Virus record (IMG/VR): IMGVR_UViG_3300017766_002493 | Coordinates: 32,001 to 96,000 of that record | Source of the DNA: a virus | Length of the DNA: 64,000 nucleotides | Direction: 5' to 3' (one strand) | Shown here: positions 55,952 to 64,000 of the stretch, piece after piece | Layout: each line of letters opens with the position of its first letter | How positions within the stretch are numbered: the first letter of the stretch is position 1 | Notes under the pieces: generated by a model | What the model saw: the letters and a program-made list of their open reading frames with translations, nothing else | What the model was told of the DNA's origin: nothing | Databases searched by the model: none | Program-made: the position numbers and the translations under genes

Positions 55952-56635
55952 ATGTTAAACACAAAAGACATCAAAACAGGAACAGGTGGGACACCTAAAG
56001 TATTACAACCAGGTAATCACAAAGTAACAATCAGAGCTATTGGATATGAAGATTTTAAATTTAAGCCAGGGGCTCTTCATATTGTTCTAAATCTAGAAGG
56101 TGAAGAACAAGACGGAGACTTCGAAGGCTTCTTCATAGACAAGAACAATGAATCTTTGGGTAGATACAAAGGTCAAGTTGGTAAAGTTAAAGCTAATGAG
56201 TATGCATATGCTGATGGCGTAACTAAAACAGGTATAGAAATTGGCAGAGATTCTGAGATATTAAAGTTTCTTAAGAATCTTTGTGTAGAAGTAGGCTGTG
56301 ACAACTGGCTAATTGAACAGAATGGTAAGCATTCTACAATCCAATCTTTGATTGAGCAATTTAATAATGATGCTCCATTCAAAGACAAGTGGTTGAATAC
56401 TTGTATTGCTGGTAAGGAATATCTTAACAAAGAAGGTTATACTAGTTATGATCTATTCTTTCCTAAGTATTCTAAGACTGGTATACCATTTGAATCTGCT
56501 GTTAAGAATAGTGGCAAGGTAGCTAAGTTTAATGAAAGAGATCATATCAAAAAGAAACCTGTAGAAAATGTTGCAGGGTTTGATGGAGACGGGGCAAGCT
56601 CTGGATCAAGTGTGAATAATGATTTCAAACTTTAG
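55952..56635 (+). CDS. Putative ssDNA-binding protein
   Basis: Follows the Sak4-like gene; flexible tail ending DFKL; terminator at about 56652-56688. Confidence 0.55.
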   Translation: MLNTKDIKTGTGGTPKVLQPGNHKVTIRAIGYEDFKFKPGALHIVLNLEGEEQDGDFEGFFIDKNNESLGRYKGQVGKVKANEYAYADGVTKTGIEIGRDSEILKFLKNLCVEVGCDNWLIEQNGKHSTIQSLIEQFNNDAPFKDKWLNTCIAGKEYLNKEGYTSYDLFFPKYSKTGIPFESAVKNSGKVAKFNERDHIKKKPVENVAGFDGDGASSGSSVNNDFKL

Positions 56636-56692
56636 AATTATTTAATCTGTAAAATAAGGGAAGGCTATATGTCTTCCCTTTTATTTTTAACT

Positions 56693-57694
56693 ATGTTAAT
56701 AACTACATCAATAATATCAAAATTAAATGAGGTACCAAGAGAATGGGTATTTGAGTATTATCTAAAACTGGAAGAGAAGTTAACTGGTCAAGATTTAAAA
56801 ATCAAATCTGTATTTAATCCTTTAGAAAAGAATCCTTCAATGTGTATATTCTATTCTCAAGTAGGTGGAGTATATAAGTTTAAAGATTTTTCTACTGATA
56901 AATCAGGTGACAGTGTATCTCTTGTACAAATGTTATTTAATCTATCTTCAAAGGGAGAAGCGGCGCATAAGATTATTCAAGATTATAATCAATGGTTGCT
57001 AGTAAGTAAAGATGATTATAATCTCAGAGAGTTTAAGATAAGAGCTAAATACAAGGTATCTCAATTCCTTACCAGGGGATGGAATAGTTTAGATAAAAAC
57101 TATTGGTCTAAATATGGTATCGGTTCTAGAATCCTAGATAAGTATAGAGTAGTAGCCTTAGATCATTATCTAATGAGTAAAGAAGAAGATAATGAAACTA
57201 AGGAGCTAATGATTAAAGGTCAATATATCTATGGTTATTTTAGAAATGATGGAACACTGTATAAAATTTACCAGCCAAAGGTAAGCGACAACAAGTTTAT
57301 TAAAGTTAAAGAGTATATACAGGGCACAGATCAACTGAGTTTCAATACAGATTATCTTGTAATATGTAGTTCTTTAAAGGATATGATGACTCTTATGTCT
57401 ATGGGTATATCCAATGTAGAATGTATAGCACCAGATAGTGAAAACACTTTGATATCTGAGCATGTTATCCATTCCTACAAGGCTAGGTATAAGGGTATCT
57501 GTACACTCTTTGACAATGATGAACCGGGAATCAATGCTATGGCAAAATATAAATCTAAATATGGTTTGAATAGTGCACACTTACAACTAGAAAAAGATTT
57601 ATCTGATGCAGTAGCAGCACACAAAATGGAAAAAGTAAGAGAAAAATTAATACCGTTACTACAAAATAATCTAAAGTATGAGTTGGTTATATAA
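56693..57694 (+). CDS. DNA primase (TOPRIM)
   Basis: SVFNP.EKNPS..FKDFS N-terminal domain; SSLKD, FDND.PG and KDLSD motifs. Confidence 0.8.
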   Translation: MLITTSIISKLNEVPREWVFEYYLKLEEKLTGQDLKIKSVFNPLEKNPSMCIFYSQVGGVYKFKDFSTDKSGDSVSLVQMLFNLSSKGEAAHKIIQDYNQWLLVSKDDYNLREFKIRAKYKVSQFLTRGWNSLDKNYWSKYGIGSRILDKYRVVALDHYLMSKEEDNETKELMIKGQYIYGYFRNDGTLYKIYQPKVSDNKFIKVKEYIQGTDQLSFNTDYLVICSSLKDMMTLMSMGISNVECIAPDSENTLISEHVIHSYKARYKGICTLFDNDEPGINAMAKYKSKYGLNSAHLQLEKDLSDAVAAHKMEKVREKLIPLLQNNLKYELVI

Positions 57695-58100
57695 AGGTAC
57701 TGTGTTCAAAGATGAACATATACCAGATGGAGCTGAAGGATTTGTTTATATTATGACAGCAATCATAGGTAATCAATCTATATCTTATATAGGTAAGAAG
57801 AACTTTTATTCTACTAGGAAAAAGAAGCTTAGTAAAAAGAAACTATCTATAGATAAGAGAAAGAAAAACTATGAGAAAGTAAGCAAACTAGGTTATCATG
57901 ACTACTATAGTAGTAATGAGGTTCTTAAACAAGCTTATAGAAGTGGTGCTGTAATTAAGCGAGAGATACTTAGAATATGTTACAGTAAAAGTGAACTAAC
58001 ATATCAAGAAGTAAAGCATCAATTTTTATATGAGGTCTTGGAAAAAAAAGAATTTTTAAATGGTAATATTCTCGGAAGATTTTATAAAGGAAAAATATAA
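57678..58100 (+). CDS. GIY-YIG-like nuclease
   Basis: GFVYIM...YIGKKNF, YYSSN and KREIL motifs. Confidence 0.65.
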   Translation: MSWLYKGTVFKDEHIPDGAEGFVYIMTAIIGNQSISYIGKKNFYSTRKKKLSKKKLSIDKRKKNYEKVSKLGYHDYYSSNEVLKQAYRSGAVIKREILRICYSKSELTYQEVKHQFLYEVLEKKEFLNGNILGRFYKGKI

Positions 58101-58456
58101 TGACAACAAAAGAAGAATTTGCAAAAGCTTTGTTTGATTTAAGGTCAAACAATATCAAAACTATTAGAATAGACTACTCCGGCGGAGGAGATAGTGGAGC
58201 TATTGATGATATAACATTTATTGATACAGATGACGATATAAGATCTATTTTACAAGATGATACTATTTCAGTAGTAGAAAATATATCATATAGAATGTTA
58301 GATGATATAGAAGACTGGTGGAATAATGATGGCGGCGATGGAACATTAATAATTAATGTTAATGATTTATCATATAATATAGAAAATAATATACGCTATA
58401 CAGAACATCAGACTTATAATCATGATGGAGATGTATCTGAATATATAGAACAATAA
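58100..58456 (+). CDS. DUF6878-like protein
   Basis: YSGGGDSG..D and WWNNDGG.G motifs. Confidence 0.6.
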   Translation: MTTKEEFAKALFDLRSNNIKTIRIDYSGGGDSGAIDDITFIDTDDDIRSILQDDTISVVENISYRMLDDIEDWWNNDGGDGTLIINVNDLSYNIENNIRYTEHQTYNHDGDVSEYIEQ

Positions 58457-58797
58457 TGGCGCATCCATATGAGCATGCTAAATCCTCAGTAAAAAAATGG
58501 GGAGGCACAGAAGAAGATTATATTGATATACATAACTGGTTTGATGAAACTAAAGCATGGGTCGGCCACAGTAAACATAGAATGTTTCGCCACCACTCAG
58601 AGGGTATTTTTGAATCTGAAAAAATCTTTGGAACATATATAGTAAACTCTGCGGGCAAACGAGTTTATGTTAGATATATAGGAGAACAACATGTTAGAGA
58701 AGATTGTAATGGATATATACCAACCGCTAAAGAGTGGATTGATAATATCAATAGTCCAAAAGAGTGGATGCTAAAAACAATTAAAATAGAAGACTAA
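58456..58797 (+). CDS. DUF6915-like protein
   Basis: MAHPYEHAKSS..KWGG..EDY..IH.WFD..K...HR..RHH..G, GEQHV.ED. Confidence 0.7.
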   Translation: MAHPYEHAKSSVKKWGGTEEDYIDIHNWFDETKAWVGHSKHRMFRHHSEGIFESEKIFGTYIVNSAGKRVYVRYIGEQHVREDCNGYIPTAKEWIDNINSPKEWMLKTIKIED

Positions 58798-59237
58798 TGA
58801 GAAAGAAAAAACAAACACTGGATTATGAAGAAGTATTAAAAATGTTAAACTCTAGCGATAAAGAGAGTTGTCTTTTCGGTATGGCTATTATTGATAGTGT
58901 AGACTTTAATCAAAACATAGTGTGTATTATGTTATTGTATAAGAACTCTACCTGTGAAAGAAAAGATTGGGAATCAGAGTTACCCCATATTGTGAAAAAG
59001 ATAGTTAAGTTAAACGGAGATGAGAAGGTAACATATAATTCTATATTCAAAATGTTTAAGAGAATTAGTGTGCCTATGGATCAGATAGAGTTGTATATGA
59101 AAACTCTAAACTCTTTTATCTTAAGTGTATTTAAAGAGTCAGGATACGACTATATAGAAAGTATAACGGTTAAATTTAAAGAAGATGAATCACACGGAAA
59201 GCTTAGCGAAAGCAGCCAAGGAGTTGATGTTGGATGA
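58797..59237 (+). CDS. Hypothetical protein
   Basis: 146-aa ORF. Confidence 0.6.
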   Translation: MRKKKQTLDYEEVLKMLNSSDKESCLFGMAIIDSVDFNQNIVCIMLLYKNSTCERKDWESELPHIVKKIVKLNGDEKVTYNSIFKMFKRISVPMDQIELYMKTLNSFILSVFKESGYDYIESITVKFKEDESHGKLSESSQGVDVG

Positions 59238-60396
59238 ACCATTTTATGGTTTGTTTCTCATCATGCTAAACAGAAAAATGAGTGAAGATGTGCCAACAGC
59301 AGGTGTTCACATTAGTGGGATTAGTTATAATCTACTAGTGAATCCTCAGTTTTGGGATAAGCTTACACTTAATCAAAAGAAAGGTTTATTGAAACATGAG
59401 CTATTGCATATTGGTTTCTTTCACCTTACTGATTATGAGCACTTAACTAATCACGAGATTAGAAATATTGCTATGGATTTAGAGATTAATCAGTATATCA
59501 AAAGAGATTGGCTACCAGAAGGAGGTATGTTTCTTGACACATTTCCTGAGTTAAACTTAAAACCTAAGATGGGTACTCTTCATTATTATGAGGAGCTTAT
59601 GAAGGGAGCTAAGAAAGGTAACTGTTCTAATCTTAATAGCTTGCTTAAAGCAATGGGTGACGGTCAGGTAACTGTAAAGGTATCTGTAAATGGTGATGAC
59701 GTAGACGCTAATTGTCCAGATCATGATTGGGAAAACCAAGAAGGAGAAGGCGGACTTAATGAAGCAGAAAGAAAGCTTCTTAACAAGCACACCGAAACTA
59801 TATTAAAAGAAATAAAAGATCAAGTAACAAAGTCTAGAGGAACTGTGCCTGGAGAATTTCACTCTATCCTAGAAAAGATAGATCAATTTGAAGAGCCTAA
59901 GTTTGATTGGCGCGGATATCTAAGAAGATTTGCCGGCGGATCCTTAAAGACTTATACTAAGAAGACAAGGAGAAAATATAACAAAAGATATGAAGATAAT
60001 CCTGGTCTTAAAATTAAACATAAGAAACATGTATTGGTAGCTATAGATACTTCGGGATCTGTAAGCGATAATGAACTAAAAGAGTTTATGCAAGAGATAC
60101 ATCATATCCACAAAACAGGATCTGATGTAACTGTAATACAAGCCGATACAGCAATTAGACACAAAGGATTATATGATCCTAAGAATGAGTATAAACTACA
60201 CGGTAGAGGAGGAACAGATTTTGATCCTGTTGTAGATTATTATTATGAAAATCAAAGTAAATATTCTTGTCTAGTATATTTCACAGATGGTAAAGCGCCG
60301 TCTCCTGATAAGAAACCTGGCAAGATGTTATGGGTTTTATCTGAACAATCTAGTATGAATACCGATTTACCCGGAGCAGTAATTCAATTAAATTAA
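59185..60396 (+). CDS. DUF2201-type metallopeptidase plus vWA domain
   Basis: KHELLH, NIAMDLEINQ, DTSGS and GRGGTDF..FTDG motifs. Confidence 0.85.
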   Translation: MNHTESLAKAAKELMLDEPFYGLFLIMLNRKMSEDVPTAGVHISGISYNLLVNPQFWDKLTLNQKKGLLKHELLHIGFFHLTDYEHLTNHEIRNIAMDLEINQYIKRDWLPEGGMFLDTFPELNLKPKMGTLHYYEELMKGAKKGNCSNLNSLLKAMGDGQVTVKVSVNGDDVDANCPDHDWENQEGEGGLNEAERKLLNKHTETILKEIKDQVTKSRGTVPGEFHSILEKIDQFEEPKFDWRGYLRRFAGGSLKTYTKKTRRKYNKRYEDNPGLKIKHKKHVLVAIDTSGSVSDNELKEFMQEIHHIHKTGSDVTVIQADTAIRHKGLYDPKNEYKLHGRGGTDFDPVVDYYYENQSKYSCLVYFTDGKAPSPDKKPGKMLWVLSEQSSMNTDLPGAVIQLN

Positions 60397-60407
60397 ACAA
60401 AAAAAGT

Positions 60408-61895
60408 ATGAGCAAAAATAATCAAGTAAGTTTGAATATCGATGAGTTAAAGAACTTTGTAACTCACATTGTAGATAATAATAGATTCCTTCAAGAAAGA
60501 GGAAAGAAACCAGTAGCCATCGAGGTTATTGGTGATTCAGGTATTGGTAAGACAACTTCTATTTTGCAATTAGCAAGTGAGTTGAATCTAAATTGTGTGA
60601 AATTAAATTTAGCTCAAATCGAGGAGCTTGGTGATTTAGTAGGTTTTCCTGTTAGACAATTTCAATTGTGCAAAGAAGGATCCGCTAATGTAGAACTTAA
60701 ACCTGCTGTAGTAAGCAAACATGTTCCTGTTGTAAACAAGGTTAAGAAGAAACAGATAACTACTGTTACTGAATATGAAACAAGAATGGTTGAAGAATTT
60801 GAAATTAAGATTACTAAGAAACAAGTTCTAGAAGGTGGCAAGTTTATTACTAAGGAAATTGAAACTAAGATTCCTAAGATGGTAGAAAAACAAATACCTG
60901 TTGAGAAAGAAGTAGAAGAGGAAATCGAAGTAGATGAAATTGTAGAGGTTCCTGTTGCTGAAGTTCAAAGTACTACATCTGATTATGAATGCTTATGGAT
61001 TGATGAGCAAGCTGTAGAAGAATATGTAAGACAAGGTTACAAGTTTACCGGTGAAAAGAGAATGTCTTATTGTCCACCAGAGTGGATTGCTGATAAGCAA
61101 GGTGGTGGTATCTTAATCCTTGATGACTGGAATCGTGCTGATATCAGATTTATCCAAGCTGTGATGGAGTTGGTAGATAGACAAGAGTATATCTCATGGA
61201 AGTTACCTAAAGATTGGCATATCATATTGACTGCTAATCCAGATAACGGAGACTACTTGGTTAACTCTATTGACACAGCTCAGAGAACTCGATTCATTAG
61301 TGTTAATCTAAAATTTGATATCGAAGTATGGGGTAAGTGGGCAGAGACAGAACAGTTGGATACTCGTTGTATTAACTTTATGTTGATGCATCCTGAATTA
61401 GTTACTCAGAAAACTAATGCTAGGAGTATTGTAACTTTCTATAACTCTATTAGTAGTATCAAAGATTTTGATAAGAATCTTCCTATGATCCAAATGATTG
61501 GTGAAGGTAGTGTTGGACCTGAGTTTACTACTATGTTTACTACATTTATTCACAACAAGTTGGATAAGATGTTAGATCCTAAGCAGATCTTGACTCATGA
61601 TAATGAATCATATATTATTGGAGAATTAAGAAACACTGTAGGTAGAGATGATAACTATAGACCTGATATTGCTAGCACTCTTGCTACCAGGATTATTAAT
61701 TACAGTATCTTCTATGCAGAAAAGAATACTATTAATCAAAAGATAATCGACAGGATTATTAAGATTGTAACCGATGAAGAAGCTTTTACCAATGACTTAA
61801 GATATCATTTGGTGAAGAAAATCTTGAATGGTAATAAGCAAAAGTTCCAAAAGCTTTTAGCTAACCAACAAGTTATTGAAATGTCAATGAAATAA
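60408..61895 (+). CDS. MoxR-like AAA+ ATPase with a long V/E/K-rich insertion
   Basis: GDSGIGKT, GDLVGFP, ILILDDWNRA, LTANP and AQRTRF motifs. Confidence 0.85.
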   Translation: MSKNNQVSLNIDELKNFVTHIVDNNRFLQERGKKPVAIEVIGDSGIGKTTSILQLASELNLNCVKLNLAQIEELGDLVGFPVRQFQLCKEGSANVELKPAVVSKHVPVVNKVKKKQITTVTEYETRMVEEFEIKITKKQVLEGGKFITKEIETKIPKMVEKQIPVEKEVEEEIEVDEIVEVPVAEVQSTTSDYECLWIDEQAVEEYVRQGYKFTGEKRMSYCPPEWIADKQGGGILILDDWNRADIRFIQAVMELVDRQEYISWKLPKDWHIILTANPDNGDYLVNSIDTAQRTRFISVNLKFDIEVWGKWAETEQLDTRCINFMLMHPELVTQKTNARSIVTFYNSISSIKDFDKNLPMIQMIGEGSVGPEFTTMFTTFIHNKLDKMLDPKQILTHDNESYIIGELRNTVGRDDNYRPDIASTLATRIINYSIFYAEKNTINQKIIDRIIKIVTDEEAFTNDLRYHLVKKILNGNKQKFQKLLANQQVIEMSMK

Positions 61896-61897
61896 TT

Positions 61898-62392
61898 ATG
61901 ACCAATCCTAACTCTTCGACAACACTTCTCAATGGAGCAAGTGTTGTCTTAGATGAGGAGAGTGCTGCTAGCTTGATGAATATGTATTCTAGTTCAGATG
62001 CAGAGAATCATGTTGTAGCTCAAAACCTCATCTTAAAAGTAGACCTCAATGTTCCTATTAATTATTATTATTTGTATAGAATTGCTCGCAGAGGATATGC
62101 TGTAGCAGATAGAATGATTAATAGAAGAACAAAAGCAGGTAGAGAATTTGAAACAAAATTTAATACTAGAGTAGTAAGCAGTATGCCACTAGCTAGATTT
62201 CTATTAAAACTTAAAAATAATAATCTTTTATCAAAGGATGTAGTAGAAAAATTTAACAATGAAGTTGTTAAAGAAATAGAGAAACATTTAAAGAGTACAG
62301 TGTATTCTAAATTGTTTGATTTTAAACTTTCTTACAAGGAAGAAATAGGAAACATATTAGATGCTAATGATTTTGTAAAACTAAATTTTTAA
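61898..62392 (+). CDS. Hypothetical protein
   Basis: 164-aa ORF. Confidence 0.6.
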   Translation: MTNPNSSTTLLNGASVVLDEESAASLMNMYSSSDAENHVVAQNLILKVDLNVPINYYYLYRIARRGYAVADRMINRRTKAGREFETKFNTRVVSSMPLARFLLKLKNNNLLSKDVVEKFNNEVVKEIEKHLKSTVYSKLFDFKLSYKEEIGNILDANDFVKLNF

Positions 62393-62394
62393 AA

Positions 62395-63531
62395 ATGTTA
62401 CAAGAAATATTTAAAAATAAAATAGAGATCCATAATATGGATAATGATAATTCTGTTATAGAATTTGAAATAAAAAAGTGTTTGCCATTAGACGCTGTAA
62501 ATAAACAGGAGCTAATAAAATTAATACAGCCTGTTAAGTATACCATATCTAAAGGGGACAAAATATATTTTCTACAAGGATGCGATGTTCCTAGATTTAA
62601 ACTATCAACTCTAAAAGATGATATAGAATTTAGTATTAGCAAAACTGTTGACAATGCTAATGTAGTAGTATATTCTGAAAAGTTTGTAGATAAAATGTTT
62701 AAATTAGATTATGTTAGCAACTATGTTACCAAATATGAAATAACAACGTATGTAAGAGACAAGTTTAAGAATAATGAATCTGAGAGTGTTCAAAAATTTC
62801 TAAGTGTTTTAAATGATGAAAATACTATGGACATTGTAAGATTTTGGAACTGGAGCAAGTTTAGAGAAGTAAAACCTAATGCTTATCATAATAGTCAAAG
62901 AGTGTGGGAAGCTGATATTGAAGATCTTAAAACAATAGATACTATAAAAGCCAATAAGATTATTGTGCATCAAGATGATTTATTATCTAGAATAAACATT
63001 GTTAATATGACAGAAGAGATGTTCTTAGAAGCATGTAAAATGTTTAGATCAAAGGATCATAATAACCATGTATTAGCTATGGAATTAATGGCTAATTGTG
63101 ATTATGATAAATCAGCATTGTATCTATTAGAATTATTTAGATTATTTGGTAGAGATGCAATTTATAATAGAAGAGAAAGAAGCCATGTTAATTTTAAATC
63201 TTTATGTAATTATTTTGGTGTTAAGGCTGGTAATTATTATGATTTAGATGATATAATAAATATTCTTACTGCTAAGAGAGTATTGACTCCTGATAAATTA
63301 GATACTCTAATCAAATTAGCTAAAGAAGATTTTGCAGAAACTGTTGATAATAACTCTAAATATTTTAAAGTATTAGATATTGTTCCTAACAATAATTTGT
63401 TAAACAACATAGCTAATATAGAAAGAATCATGGAAGGTCATAACATAGATGATAAAGAGTTTTATTATTCTGACGACAGAAATATAAATAAGAAAGATGA
63501 CGATGATATTGATAACGATGATGATTTTTAA
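62395..63531 (+). CDS. Hypothetical protein
   Basis: 378-aa ORF with an acidic tail. Confidence 0.65.
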   Translation: MLQEIFKNKIEIHNMDNDNSVIEFEIKKCLPLDAVNKQELIKLIQPVKYTISKGDKIYFLQGCDVPRFKLSTLKDDIEFSISKTVDNANVVVYSEKFVDKMFKLDYVSNYVTKYEITTYVRDKFKNNESESVQKFLSVLNDENTMDIVRFWNWSKFREVKPNAYHNSQRVWEADIEDLKTIDTIKANKIIVHQDDLLSRINIVNMTEEMFLEACKMFRSKDHNNHVLAMELMANCDYDKSALYLLELFRLFGRDAIYNRRERSHVNFKSLCNYFGVKAGNYYDLDDIINILTAKRVLTPDKLDTLIKLAKEDFAETVDNNSKYFKVLDIVPNNNLLNNIANIERIMEGHNIDDKEFYYSDDRNINKKDDDDIDNDDDF

Positions 63532-63533
63532 AC

Positions 63534-64000
63534 ATGATTAAAGACACAGAAACAATATTGCTAGAAGATAAATTCTATGCTGAAAAGTATCATATTAGTT
63601 ACTCAGCTATGAGTAAACTTTTGTATTCCCCATATTTGTTTTATAAACATTATGTGTTGGGACAAAGAGAGGATGAACAAACTGTTGCTACCCTGGCCGG
63701 TAAAGTTGTTCACTGTTTATTGCTGGACGGTGATAACTTTAGTAAACAGTTTATCTTACTCCCTGGTAATTTGCCTAGTGATAATCCCAAGAAAATTATC
63801 GAGGCGGTATATGAACACCATACAAATCAACCTGCAACTACTTCCGAATCTGAGGAAGTAGTTACCCTAACACATTATAAGGATTATATTCTATCTGCCC
63901 TGGTAGAAGCAAACCTTTATCAAACTCTCAAAACAGATCAGCAACGCTTAGACAAAATCATAACACCAAGTCACGAAGAATACTTTGGTTTTCTTGTCAA
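63534..64000 (+). CDS. RecE/ExoVIII-like PD-(D/E)XK exonuclease, truncated by the window end
   Basis: Manual translation MIKDTETILLEDKFY...ISYSAMSKLLYSP.LFY...GKVVHCLLL. Confidence 0.7.
   Translation, partial: MIKDTETILLEDKFYAEKYHISYSAMSKLLYSPYLFYKHYVLGQREDEQTVATLAGKVVHCLLLDGDNFSKQFILLPGNLPSDNPKKIIEAVYEHHTNQPATTSESEEVVTLTHYKDYILSALVEANLYQTLKTDQQRLDKIITPSHEEYFGFLV

Noticed and set aside
60670-60995. Intein in the AAA+ ATPase
   Set aside because: No C-terminal HN followed by C/S/T and no recognisable splicing blocks.
63652-63861. 69-aa ORF in the track
   Set aside because: Out-of-frame overlap with the exonuclease ORF that starts at 63534 and runs off the window.
1-64000. Stop-codon reassignment as in some crAss-like phages
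   Set aside because: Long genes are intact in the standard code, and both TAG and TGA end genes followed directly by new starts or terminators.

Overview
This AT-rich window is part of a crAss-like (Crassvirales-type) phage genome, probably infecting a Bacteroidota/Flavobacteria host. The assignment rests on gene content, gene order and TAnnTTTG promoter motifs; no database search was run. Positions 1-29.0 kb are a minus-strand virion module: structural proteins, major capsid protein, scaffold, portal, large terminase, IHF-like protein, Cas4-like nuclease, tail fibres and lysis genes. A GC-rich strand switch lies near 29.2-29.4 kb. Positions 29.7-64 kb are plus-strand early/middle genes: many small ORFs, DUF2828, SF2 helicase, ClpS, HDAC-like deacetylase, UDG, DnaB, AAA ATPase, primase, a vWA-peptidase/MoxR pair and a RecE-like nuclease. 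The most notable observations are: (i) a PAS-PAS sensor with two C-terminal TM helices between a holin-like and an endolysin-like gene; (ii) two gene cassettes inserted at start codons and flanked by duplicated gene starts, one an HNH-AP2 nuclease that leaves its target gene with ATC instead of ATG; (iii) a DGR-type variable region with no template repeat or reverse transcriptase seen in the window; (iv) a ~430-nt highly paired ncRNA candidate plus several smaller structured elements, including two CAGCA-stem units in front of the Ro-like DUF2828 gene; (v) repeated regulatory motifs confined to the early region. No tRNA, rRNA or CRISPR array was seen.
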